DNA of 64,000 nucleotides. Source: Macrostomum lignano. Taxonomy: Eukaryota. Below the pieces are notes generated by a model. That model did no database searches. It was not told where the DNA came from and saw nothing but the letters and a program-made list of their open reading frames with translations. The translations under genes and the position numbers were made by a program. This document shows positions 1-12,000 of this stretch, piece after piece. Every line of letters begins with the position of its first letter. The stretch's first letter is position 1. The DNA lies in assembly GCA_002269645.1 (NCBI GenBank), contig NIVC01001004.1, positions 72,382 to 136,381 on the forward strand, written 5' to 3'.

Positions 1-3000
1 ACAGCAAGCAGCCCATAGCAAGCATCCCCCAGACAGCAAGCAGCCCATAGCAAGCATTCCCTAGATAGAAAGCATCCCCCAGACAGCAAGCATCCCCTAG
101 ATAGCAAGCATTCCCCAGACAGCAAGCAAGCATCCCCCAGACAGCAAGCAAGCATCCCCCAGACAGCAAGCAAGCATCCCCCAGACAGCAAGCATCGCCC
201 AGACAGCAAGCATCCCCAGACAGCAAGCATCGCCCAGACAGCAAGCATCCCCCAGACAGCAAGCATCCCCCAGACAGCAAGCATCCCCAAGACAGCAAGC
301 ATCGCCCAGACAGCAAGCATCCCCCAGACAGCAAGCATCCCCCAGACAGCAAGCATCCCCCAGACAGCAAGCATCGCCCAGACAGCAAGCATCGCCCAGA
401 CAGCAAGCATCGCCCAGACAGCAAGCATCCCCCAGACAGCAAGCATCCCCCAGACAGCAAGCAGCCCATAGCAAGCATCCCCCAGACAGCAAGCATCCCC
501 CAGACAGCAAGCATTGCCCAGACAGCAAGCATCCCCCAGACAGCAAGCAGCCCATAGCAAGCATTCCCCAGATAGCAAGCATCCCCCAGACAGCAAGCAT
601 CCCCTAGATAGCAAGCATTCCCCAGACAGCAAGCAAGCATCCCCCAGACAGCAAGCAAGCATCCCCAGACAGCAAGCAAGCATCCCCCAGACAGCAAGCA
701 TCCCTCAGACAGCAAGCATCGCCCAGACAGCAAGCATCGCCCAGACAGCAAGCATCCCCCAGACAGCAAGCAGCCCACAGCAAGCATCCCCAGATAGCAA
801 GCATCCCCCAGACAGCAAGCATCCCCTAGACAGCAAGCATCCCCCAGACAGCAAGCATCCCCCAGACAGCAAGCATCCCCCAGACAGCAAGCATCCCCCA
901 GACAGCAAGCATCCCCCAGACAGCAAGCAGCCCACAGCAAGCATCCCCCAGATAGCAAGCATCCCCCAGACAGCAAGCATCCCCAGACAGCAAGCATCCC
1001 CCAGATAGCAAGCATCCCCCAGACAGCAAGCATCCCCAAGACAGCAAGCATCCCCAGACAGCAAGCAGCCCACAGCAAGCATCCCCCAGATAGCAAGCAT
1101 CCCCAGACAGCAAGCATCCCCCAGACAGCAAGCATCCCCCAGATAGCAAGCATCCCCCAGACAGCAAGCATCCCCCAGACAGCAAGCATCCCCAGATAGC
1201 AAGCATCCCCCAGACAGCAAGCATCCCCAAGACAGCAAGCATCCCCAAGACAGCAAGCATCCCCAAGACAGCAAGCAGCCCATAGCAAGCATCCCCCAGA
1301 CAGCAAGCATCCCCCAGACAGCAAGCATCGCCCAGACAGCAAGCATCCCCCAGACAGCAAGCATCCCCCAGACAGCAAGCATCCCCAGACAGCAAGCATC
1401 GCCCAGACAGCAAGCATCGCCCAGACAGCAAGCATCGCCCAGACAGCAAGCATCCCCCAGACAGCAAGCATCCCCCAGACAGCAAGCAGCCCATAGCAAG
1501 CATCCCCCAGACAGCAAGCATCCCCCAGACAGCAAGCATCGCCCAGACAGCAAGCATCCCCCAGACAGCAAGCAGCCCATAGCAAGCATTCCCCAGATAG
1601 CAAGCATCCCCCAGACAGCAAGCATCCCCTAGATAGCAAGCATTCCCCAGACAGCAAGCAAGCATCCCCCAGACAGCAAGCAAGCATCCCCCAGACAGCA
1701 AGCAAGCATCCCCCAGACAGCAAGCATCCCTCAGACAGCAAGCATCCCCCAGACAGCAAGCATCGCCCAGACAGCAAGCATCCCCCAGACAGCAAGCAGC
1801 CCACAGCAAGCATCCCCAGATAGCAAGCATCCCCCAGACAGCAAGCATCCCCCAGACAGCAAGCATCCCCCAGACAGCAAGCATCCCCCAGACAGCAAGC
1901 ATCCCCCAGACAGCAAGCATCCCCCAGACAGCAAGCAGCCCACAGCAAGCATCCCCCAGATAGCAAGCATCCCCCAGACAGCAAGCATCCCCCAGACAGC
2001 AAGCATCCCCCAGATAGCAAGCATCCCCCAGACAGCAAGCATCCCCAAGACAGCAAGCATCCCCCAGACAGCAAGCAGCCCACAGCAAGCATCCCCAGAT
2101 AGCAAGCATCCCCCAGACAGCAAGCATCCCCCAGACAGCAAGCATCCCCCAGATAGCAAGCATCCCCCAGACAGCAAGCATCCCCAAGACAGCAAGCATC
2201 CCCAAGACAGCAAGCATCCCCAAGACAGCAAGCAGCCCATAGCAAGCATCCCCCAGACAGCAAGCATCCCCCAGACAGCAAGCATCGCCCAGACAGCAAG
2301 CATCCCCCAGACAGCAAGCAGCCCATAGCAAGCATTCCCCAGATAGCAAGCATCCCCCAGACAGCAAGCATCCCCTAGATAGCAAGCATTCCCCAGACAG
2401 CAAGCAAGCATCCCCCAGACAGCAAGCAAGCATCCCCAGACAGCAAGCAAGCATCCCCCAGATAGCAAGCATCCCCAGACAGCAAGCATCCCCCAGACAG
2501 CAAGCATCGCCCAGACAGCAAGCATCCCCCAGACAGCAAGCAGCCCACAGCAAGCATCCCCAGATAGCAAGCATCCCCCAGACAGCAAGCATCCCCCAGA
2601 CAGCAAGCATCCCCCAGACAGCAAGCATCCCCCAGACAGCAAGCATCCCCCAGACAGCAAGCATCCCCCAGACAGCAAGCAGCCCACAGCAAGCATCCCC
2701 CAGATAGCAAGCATCCCCCAGACAGCAAGCATCCCCCAGACAGCAAGCATCCCCAGATAGCAAGCATCCCCAGACAGCAAGCATCCCCAAGACAGCAAGC
2801 ATCCCCCAGACAGCAAGCAGCCCACAGCAAGCATCCCCCAGATAGCAAGCATCCCCCAGACAGCAAGCATCCCCCAGACAGCAAGCATCCCCCAGATAGC
2901 AAGCATCCCCCAGACAGCAAGCATCCCCCAGACAGCAAGCATCCCCCAGATAGCAAGCATCCCCAGACAGCAAGCATCCCCCAGACAGCAAGCATCCCCA

Positions 3001-6000
3001 AGACAGCAAGCATCCCCAAGACAGCAAGCATCCCCAAGACAGCAAGCATCCCCCAGACAGCAAGCATCCCCAAGACAGCAAGCATCCCCCAGACAGCAAG
3101 CATCCCCCAGACAGCAAGCATCCCCCAGACAGCAAGCATCCCCAGACAGCAAGCATCCCCCAGACAGCAAGCATCCCCAATACAGCAAGCATCCCCCAGA
3201 CAGCAAGCATCCCCAAGACAGCAAGCATCCCCAAGACAGCAAGCATCCCCAAGACAGCAAGCATCCCCAAGACAGCAAGCATCCCCCAGACAGCAAGCAT
3301 CCCCCAGACAGCAAGCATCCCCAGACAGCAAGCATCCCCCAGACAGCAAGCATCCCCAGACAGCAAGCATCCCCCAGACAGCAAGCATCCCCCAGACAGC
3401 AAGCATCCCCCAGACAGCAAGCATCGCCCAGACAGCAAGCATCCCCCAGACAGCAAGCATCCCCCAGACAGCAAGCATCCCCCAGACAGCAAGCATCGCC
3501 CAGACAGCAAGCATCGCCCAGACAGCAAGCATCGCCCAGACAGCAAGCATCCCCCAGACAGCAAGCATCCCCCAGACAGCAAGCAGCCCATAGCAAGCAT
3601 CCCCCAGACAGCAAGCATCCCCCAGACAGCAAGCAGCCCATAGCAAGCATCCCCCAGACAGCAAGCAGCCCATAGCAAGCATTCCCTAGATAGAAAGCAT
3701 CCCCCAGACAGCAAGCATCCCCTAGATAGCAAGCATTCCCCAGACAGCAAGCAAGCATCCCCCAGACAGCAAGCAAGCATCCCCCAGACAGCAAGCAAGC
3801 ATCCCCCAGACAGCAAGCATCGCCCAGACAGCAAGCATCCCCCAGACAGCAAGCATCGCCCAGACAGCAAGCATCCCCCAGACAGCAAGCATCCCCCAGA
3901 CAGCAAGCATCCCCAAGACAGCAAGCATCGCCCAGACAGCAAGCATCCCCCAGACAGCAAGCATCCCCCAGACAGCAAGCATCCCCCAGACAGCAAGCAT
4001 CGCCCAGACAGCAAGCATCGCCCAGACAGCAAGCATCGCCCAGACAGCAAGCATCCCCCAGACAGCAAGCATCCCCCAGACAGCAAGCAGCCCATAGCAA
4101 GCATCCCCCAGACAGCAAGCATCCCCCAGACAGCAAGCATTGCCCAGACAGCAAGCATCCCCCAGACAGCAAGCAGCCCATAGCAAGCATTCCCCAGATA
4201 GCAAGCATCCCCCAGACAGCAAGCATCCCCTAGATAGCAAGCATTCCCCAGACAGCAAGCAAGCATCCCCCAGACAGCAAGCAAGCATCCCCAGACAGCA
4301 AGCAAGCATCCCCCAGACAGCAAGCATCCCTCAGACAGCAAGCATCCCCAGACAGCAAGCATCGCCCAGACAGCAAGCATCCCCCAGACAGCAAGCAGCC
4401 CACAGCAAGCATCCCCAGATAGCAAGCATCCCCCAGACAGCAAGCATCCCCCAGACAGCAAGCATCCCCCAGACAGCAAGCATCCCCCAGACAGCAAGCA
4501 TCCCCCAGACAGCAAGCATCCCCCAGACAGCAAGCATCCCCAGACAGCAAGCAGCCCACAGCAAGCATCCCCCAGATAGCAAGCATCCCCCAGACAGCAA
4601 GCATCCCCCAGACAGCAAGCATCCCCCAGATAGCAAGCATCCCCCAGACAGCAAGCATCCCCAAGACAGCAAGCATCCCCCAGACAGCAAGCAGCCCACA
4701 GCAAGCATCCCCAGATAGCAAGCATCCCCCAGACAGCAAGCATCCCCAGACAGCAAGCATCCCCCAGATAGCAAGCATCCCCCAGACAGCAAGCATCCCC
4801 CAGACAGCAAGCATCCCCCAGATAGCAAGCATCCCCCAGACAGCAAGCATCCCCAAGACAGCAAGCATCCCCAAGACAGCAAGCATCCCCAAGACAGCAA
4901 GCAGCCCATAGCAAGCATCCCCCAGACAGCAAGCATCCCCCAGACAGCAAGCATCGCCCAGACAGCAAGCATCCCCCAGACAGCAAGCAGCCCATAGCAA
5001 GCATTCCCCAGATAGCAAGCATCCCCCAGACAGCAAGCATCCCCTAGATAGCAAGCATTCCCCAGACAGCAAGCAAGCATCCCCCAGACAGCAAGCAAGC
5101 ATCCCCCAGACAGCAAGCAAGCATCCCCCAGATAGCAAGCATCCCCCAGACAGCAAGCATCCCCCAGACAGCAAGCATCGCCCAGACAGCAAGCATCCCC
5201 CAGACAGCAAGCAGCCCACAGCAAGCATCCCCAGATAGCAAGCATCCCCCAGACAGCAAGCATCCCCCAGACAGCAAGCATCCCCCAGACAGCAAGCATC
5301 CCCCAGACAGCAAGCATCCCCCAGACAGCAAGCATCCCCCAGACAGCAAGCAGCCCACAGCAAGCATCCCCCAGATAGCAAGCATCCCCCAGACAGCAAG
5401 CATCCCCCAGACAGCAAGCATCCCCCAGATAGCAAGCATCCCCCAGACAGCAAGCATCCCCAAGACAGCAAGCATCCCCCAGACAGCAAGCAGCCCACAG
5501 CAAGCATCCCCCAGATAGCAAGCATCCCCCAGACAGCAAGCATCCCCAGACAGCAAGCATCCCCCAGATAGCAAGCATCCCCCAGACAGCAAGCATCCCC
5601 CAGACAGCAAGCATCCCCCAGATAGCAAGCATCCCCCAGACAGCAAGCATCCCCAAGACAGCAAGCATCCCCAAGACAGCAAGCATCCCCCAGACAGCAA
5701 GCATCCCCAAGACAGCAAGCATCCCCCAGACAGCAAGCATCCCCCAGATAGCAAGCATCCCCCAGACAGCAAGCATCCCCCAGACAGCAAGCATCCCCCA
5801 GACAGCAAGCAGCCCACAGCAAGCATCCCCCAGATAGCAAGCATCCCCCAGACAGCAAGCATCCCCCAGACAGCAAGCATCCCCAGATAGCAAGCATCCC
5901 CAGACAGCAAGCATCCCCAAGACAGCAAGCATCCCCAAGACAGCAAGCATCCCCAAGACAGCAAGCAGCCCATAGCAAGCATCCCCCAGACAGCAAGCAT

Positions 6001-6264
6001 CCCCCAGACAGCAAGCATCGCCCAGACAGCAAGCATCCCCCAGACAGCAAGCAGCCCATAGCAAGCATTCCCCAGATAGCAAGCATCCCCCAGACAGCAA
6101 GCATCCCCTAGATAGCAAGCATTCCCCAGACAGCAAGCAAGCATCCCCCAGACAGCAAGCAAGCATCCCCCAGACAGCAAGCAAGCATCCCCCAGATAGC
6201 AAGCATCCCCCAGACAGCAAGCATCCCCCAGACAGCAAGCATCGCCCAGACAGCAAGCATCCCC
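1..6264. repeat. 18-bp satellite array (CCCCCAGACAGCAAGCAT)n, left block, about 350 units; continues beyond the window start
   Basis: Read directly. Variants include 17-bp (C4), 14-bp (AGCAAGCAGCCCAY) and 22-bp (extra GCAA) units, arranged in irregular blocks of about 0.5-1.3 kb. The - strand has almost no stop codons, which explains the GDACCL/GMLAVW/GGCLLS ORFs. Confidence 0.98.
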
Positions 6265-6644
6265 TATGTTATCAGTGATGACCCAAAACAAAGAAATGAC
6301 GCACATCGTAGGGGATACCCGACAGGCCACATCACAGATATGACACTCCAAAAAATATATCCGACCAGAATATTTCGAAATATGACACATAAAAGTTTCG
6401 CAAAAAACTATAAATTTTGCATTACATGCTACTAATAGTAGAAATGCGAAAATAATTCGATCGCAGCTCCAAAGGGTTTCAAATAAATCGCATTAGACAC
6501 AAGTCCAGCTATTTTAGTTATATATATTATTTACTTGCAAATTTTATAATTATATTTTATGTGCATACGAATTTTAGTTATAATTAATAAGTTTTCAAAT
6601 ATTATATTATCTTTACATGTTTCACATGTTAGAAAATAGTTATA

Positions 6645-7932
6645 TTAGCATGTTGAAATAGTGCATTGGTAGGCAGTCACCGAATGGGCAAATGTACTCC
6701 TGCCGGCATGCGACTTGGGCCGCTCAGCTGGGCCGGGCGGCTGCTGGGCTGCGGTGGGCGGCTGCTCAGCTGATCCGGGCTGTGACGCATCGGTCTGAGT
6801 AGAGAAATTGCAGTTATTGGTAGAGACAGGGCAGAATGGTAGAGACAGGGCAGTTATTGGTAGAGACAGGGCAGTTATTGGTAGAGACAGGGCAGAATGG
6901 TAGAGACAGGGCAGTTATTGGTAGAGAAAGGGCAGAATGGTAGAGACAGGGCAGAATGGTAGAGACAGGGCAGAATGGTAGAGACAGGGCAGAATGGTAG
7001 AGATAGGGCAGAATGGTAGAGACAGGGCAGTTATTGGTAGAGACAGGGCAGAATGGTAGAGACAGGGCAGAATGGTAGAGACAGGGCAGAATGGTAGAGA
7101 CAGGGCAGAATGGTAGAGAAAGGGCAGAATGGTAGAGACAGGGCAGTATGGTAGAGACAGGGCAGAATGGTAGAGACAGGGCAGAATGGTAGAGACAGGG
7201 CAGAATGGTAGAGACAGGGCAGAATGGTAGAGACAGGGCAGAATGGTAGAGACAGGGCAGAATGGTAGAGACAGGGCAGAATGGTAGAGAAAGGGCAGAA
7301 TGGTAGAGACAGGGCAGTATGGTAGAGACAGGGCAGAATGGTAGAGACAGGGCAGAATGGTAGAGACAGGGCAGAATGGTAGAGACAGGGCAGAATGGTA
7401 GAGACAGGGCAGAATGGTAGAGAAAGGGCAGAATGGTAGAGACAGGGCAGAATGGTAGAGACAGGGTAGAATGGTAGAGACAGGGCAGAATGGTAGAGAC
7501 AGGGTAGAATGGTAGAGACAGGGCAGAATGGTAGAGACAGGGTAGAATGGTAGAGACAGGGCAGAATGGTAGAGAAAGGGTAGAATGGTAGAGACAGGGC
7601 AGAATGGTAGAGACAGGGCAGAATGGTAGAGAAAGGGTAGAATGGTAGAGACAGGGCAGAATGGTAGAGAAAGGGCAGAATGGTAGAGACAGGGCAGAAT
7701 GGTAGAGACAGGGTAGAATGGTAGAGACAGGGCAGAATGGTAGAGACAGGGTAGAATGGTAGAGACAGGGCAGTTATTGGTAAAAATATTGCTCTTCACC
7801 TTCACTTACCATTAACTGGAATCGATCAGACGCGGCGAGCTCTTTCTCAAACGACTTTTGCCGCTTAGCGACGTCATAGCATTTGCCTTTGCGGCTTATC
7901 AGCTGTTTTATGAACTCCAATTGTTTGGACAT
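6645..7932 (-). CDS. Predicted two-exon 90-aa protein, join(7932-7810, 6794-6645), unknown function
   Basis: Exon 1 is ATG-initiated (MSKQLEFIKQLISRKGKCYDVAKRQKSFEKELAASDRFQLM) and ends at the consensus donor ATG|GTAAGT. Acceptor TTTCTCTACTCAG| opens a phase-compatible GC-rich exon (TDASQPGSAEQPP...CTISTC*). No homology was recognised. Confidence 0.45.
6809..7782. repeat. 19-bp minisatellite (GGCAGAATGGTAGAGACAG)n, about 51 units
   Basis: Read directly. It fills the 1,015-nt intron of the predicted mini-gene. Confidence 0.97.
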
Positions 7933-8251
7933 TTGGGTTAATTTATTGAAAAAATGAAATTAATTGACAAATAGAAATCTGGCTTTTTGAAAGGCCAACT
8001 GAAGTCCCATTTTATATGAAGCGGCAGTTTGACATCAACAAGTTCACTCTAATTTTCATTGGTTCGGAATGGGGTGGTCAAAATATTTCACGTTCATAGT
8101 ACGTGTCAAATCCACTATGCTTTTAGACTCGAAGGGGTGGACTGCTTCATTTCAGTAGTGACTCATTTTGACACCAAATTACTTTGATTCAAAATGAAAC
8201 ATGCGCATTAACCAGCATGAAACATACATTAGGTACAATATGCCCCACTCA

Positions 8252-8306
8252 CATTCACAGCCTCATTCACAGCCTCATTCACTGCCTCATTCACAGCCTC
8301 ACAGCC
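8252..8306. repeat. 12-bp tandem repeat (CATTCACAGCCT) x4 plus a partial unit
   Basis: Read directly. Confidence 0.85.
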
Positions 8307-9055
8307 AGACTCACTGATCGACCCTAATCCAGTTTGGGTTTCGAATACTCAGTTATTTCTGCATTTTCAATTCATTGAGTAGCTCTGTGAGATCCGCTGC
8401 TGTCAATATACAGTGGGCAGTGGATAACAAATAAATGACACACAATGAATTGGATAGGAATTAAATGAATGATGCAAAATAGAAATTCGAGAAATAGATT
8501 AAATATGCAAGAAAAAGACGTATATGCTCAAAAATTAGGATGAAGTCAGTCATCAACAAATCAAAGAGTAGATAAAATTTCTCTTTGGTGACTAAATAAA
8601 GTTTACAATTTTACATATTTGGAACTGCTTGACACTATTCTTTACGATAATGGCGCAATCATAAGTTTGGTGCAACAAATTTGCTTAGATAGGTGTCTTC
8701 CACCATGAACCACCCATCACTGTCACCGAGCATTGCGCAATCTTGAGCATACCCAGAGCACGTATTTGCTTTTAAGCAATCGTGAGAACTGCGATTCTTA
8801 TCTTTACTCAAAATCCAGCTACAGTGGAAAGATCGAGAAAAGCGCGAAACACACCTCCAAACAAACCGCTGTGCATAATACAAAACAATATATAGATAAA
8901 AAGTGGAACGCTCACAGCAGGTGACCAAACCAAAAGTAAAAGCAAAGCCCAATTGTATTTTGATAAAAAGCCATTACTAAAGAAGCTGGCGAAATATTTC
9001 TGAGCTAACCTGTCAATATCAAGTATAAGTTAAACATGTAGCGCGCTGTCTATAG

Positions 9056-12000
9056 TTAGAAATGACACTCAATGGGGCTGATATACACAGGTGCAAAGAT
9101 GACGCAGAGCCCGCTACTCTCAGCATCTCTAACTAGCCCTGTCGCTGTCAATATATAGAATTAAATGGAGAGCTTAGAAATGACACTCAATGGGGCTGAT
9201 ATACACAGGTGCAAAGATGACGCAGAGCCCGCTACTCTCAGCATCTCTAACTAGCCCTGTCGCTGTCAATATATAGAATTAAATGGAGAGCTTAGAAATG
9301 ACACTCAATGGGGCTGATATACACAGGTGCAAAGATGACGCAGAGCCCGCTACTCTCAGCATCTCTAACTAGCCCTGTCGCTGTCAATATATAGAATTAA
9401 ATGGAGAGCTTAGAAATGACACTCAATGGGGCTGATATACACAGGTGCAAAGATGACGCAGAGCCCGCTACTCTCAGCATCTCTAACTAGCCCTGTCGCT
9501 GTCAATATATAGAATTAAATGGAGAGCTTAGAAATGACACTCAATGGGGCTGATATACACAGGTGCAAAGATGACGCAGAGCCCGCTACTCTCAGCATCT
9601 CTAACTAGCCCTGTCGCTGTCAATATATAGAATTAAATGGAGAGCTTAGAAATGACACTCAATGGGGCTGATATACACAGGTGCAAAGATGACGCAGAGC
9701 CCGCTACTCTCAGCATCTCTAACTAGCCCTGTCGCTGTCAATATATAGAATTAAATGGAGAGCTTAGAAATGACACTCAATGGGGCTGATATACACAGGT
9801 GCAAAGATGACGCAGAGCCCGCTACTCTCAGCATCTCTAACTAGCCCTGTCGCTGTCAATATATAGAATTAAATGGAGAGCTTAGAAATGACACTCAATG
9901 GGGCTGATATACACAGGTGCAAAGATGACGCAGAGCCCGCTACTCTCAGCATCTCTAACTAGCCCTGTCGCTGTCAATATATAGAATTAAATGGAGAGCT
10001 TAGAAATGACACTCAATGGGGCTGATATACACAGGTGCAAAGATGACGCAGAGCCCGCTACTCTCAGCATCTCTAACTAGCCCTGTCGCTGTCAATATAT
10101 AGAATTAAATGGAGAGCTTAGAAATGACACTCAATGGGGCTGATATACACAGGTGCAAAGATGACGCAGAGCCCGCTACTCTCAGCATCTCTAACTAGCC
10201 CTGTCGCTGTCAATATATAGAATTAAATGGAGAGCTTAGAAATGACACTCAATGGGGCTGATATACACAGGTGCAAAGATGACGCAGAGCCCGCTACTCT
10301 CAGCATCTCTAACTAGCCCTGTCGCTGTCAATATATAGAATTAAATGGAGAGCTTAGAAATGACACTCAATGGGGCTGATATACACAGGTGCAAAGATGA
10401 CGCAGAGCCCGCTACTCTCAGCATCTCTAACTAGCCCTGTCGCTGTCAATATATAGAATTAAATGGAGAGCTTAGAAATGACACTCAATGGGGCTGATAT
10501 ACACAGGTGCAAAGATGACGCAGAGCCCGCTACTCTCAGCATCTCTAACTAGCCCTGTCGCTGTCAATATATAGAATTAAATGGAGAGCTTAGAAATGAC
10601 ACTCAATGGGGCTGATATACACAGGTGCAAAGATGACGCAGAGCCCGCTACTCTCAGCATCTCTAACTAGCCCTGTCGCTGTCAATATATAGAATTAAAT
10701 GGAGAGCTTAGAAATGACACTCAATGGGGCTGATATACACAGGTGCAAAGATGACGCAGAGCCCGCTACTCTCAGCATCTCTAACTAGCCCTGTCGCTGT
10801 CAATATATAGAATTAAATGGAGAGCTTAGAAATGACACTCAATGGGGCTGATATACACAGGTGCAAAGATGACGCAGAGCCCGCTACTCTCAGCATCTCT
10901 AACTAGCCCTGTCGCTGTCAATATATAGAATTAAATGGAGAGCTTAGAAATGACACTCAATGGGGCTGATATACACAGGTGCAAAGATGACGCAGAGCCC
11001 GCTACTCTCAGCATCTCTAACTAGCCCTGTCGCTGTCAATATATAGAATTAAATGGAGAGCTTAGAAATGACACTCAATGGGGCTGATATACACAGGTGC
11101 AAAGATGACGCAGAGCCCGCTACTCTCAGCATCTCTAACTAGCCCTGTCGCTGTCAATATATAGAATTAAATGGAGAGCTTAGAAATGACACTCAATGGG
11201 GCTGATATACACAGGTGCAAAGATGACGCAGAGCCCGCTACTCTCAGCATCTCTAACTAGCCCTGTCGCTGTCAATATATAGAATTAAATGGAGAGCTTA
11301 GAAATGACACTCAATGGGGCTGATATACACAGGTGCAAAGATGACGCAGAGCCCGCTACTCTCAGCATCTCTAACTAGCCCTGTCGCTGTCAATATATAG
11401 AATTAAATGGAGAGCTTAGAAATGACACTCAATGGGGCTGATATACACAGGTGCAAAGATGACGCAGAGCCCGCTACTCTCAGCATCTCTAACTAGCCCT
11501 GTCGCTGTCAATATATAGAATTAAATGGAGAGCTTAGAAATGACACTCAATGGGGCTGATATACACAGGTGCAAAGATGACGCAGAGCCCGCTACTCTCA
11601 GCATCTCTAACTAGCCCTGTCGCTGTCAATATATAGAATTAAATGGAGAGCTTAGAAATGACACTCAATGGGGCTGATATACACAGGTGCAAAGATGACG
11701 CAGAGCCCGCTACTCTCAGCATCTCTAACTAGCCCTGTCGCTGTCAATATATAGAATTAAATGGAGAGCTTAGAAATGACACTCAATGGGGCTGATATAC
11801 ACAGGTGCAAAGATGACGCAGAGCCCGCTACTCTCAGCATCTCTAACTAGCCCTGTCGCTGTCAATATATAGAATTAAATGGAGAGCTTAGAAATGACAC
11901 TCAATGGGGCTGATATACACAGGTGCAAAGATGACGCAGAGCCCGCTACTCTCAGCATCTCTAACTAGCCCTGTCGCTGTCAATATATAGAATTAAATGG

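Noticed and set aside
8659-8952. AMLGDSDGWF resembling LAGLIDADG, PolB DTDS or tyrosine-recombinase box II motifs
   Set aside because: The catalytic residues or their spacing are wrong and there is no surrounding domain, so this is most likely chance.
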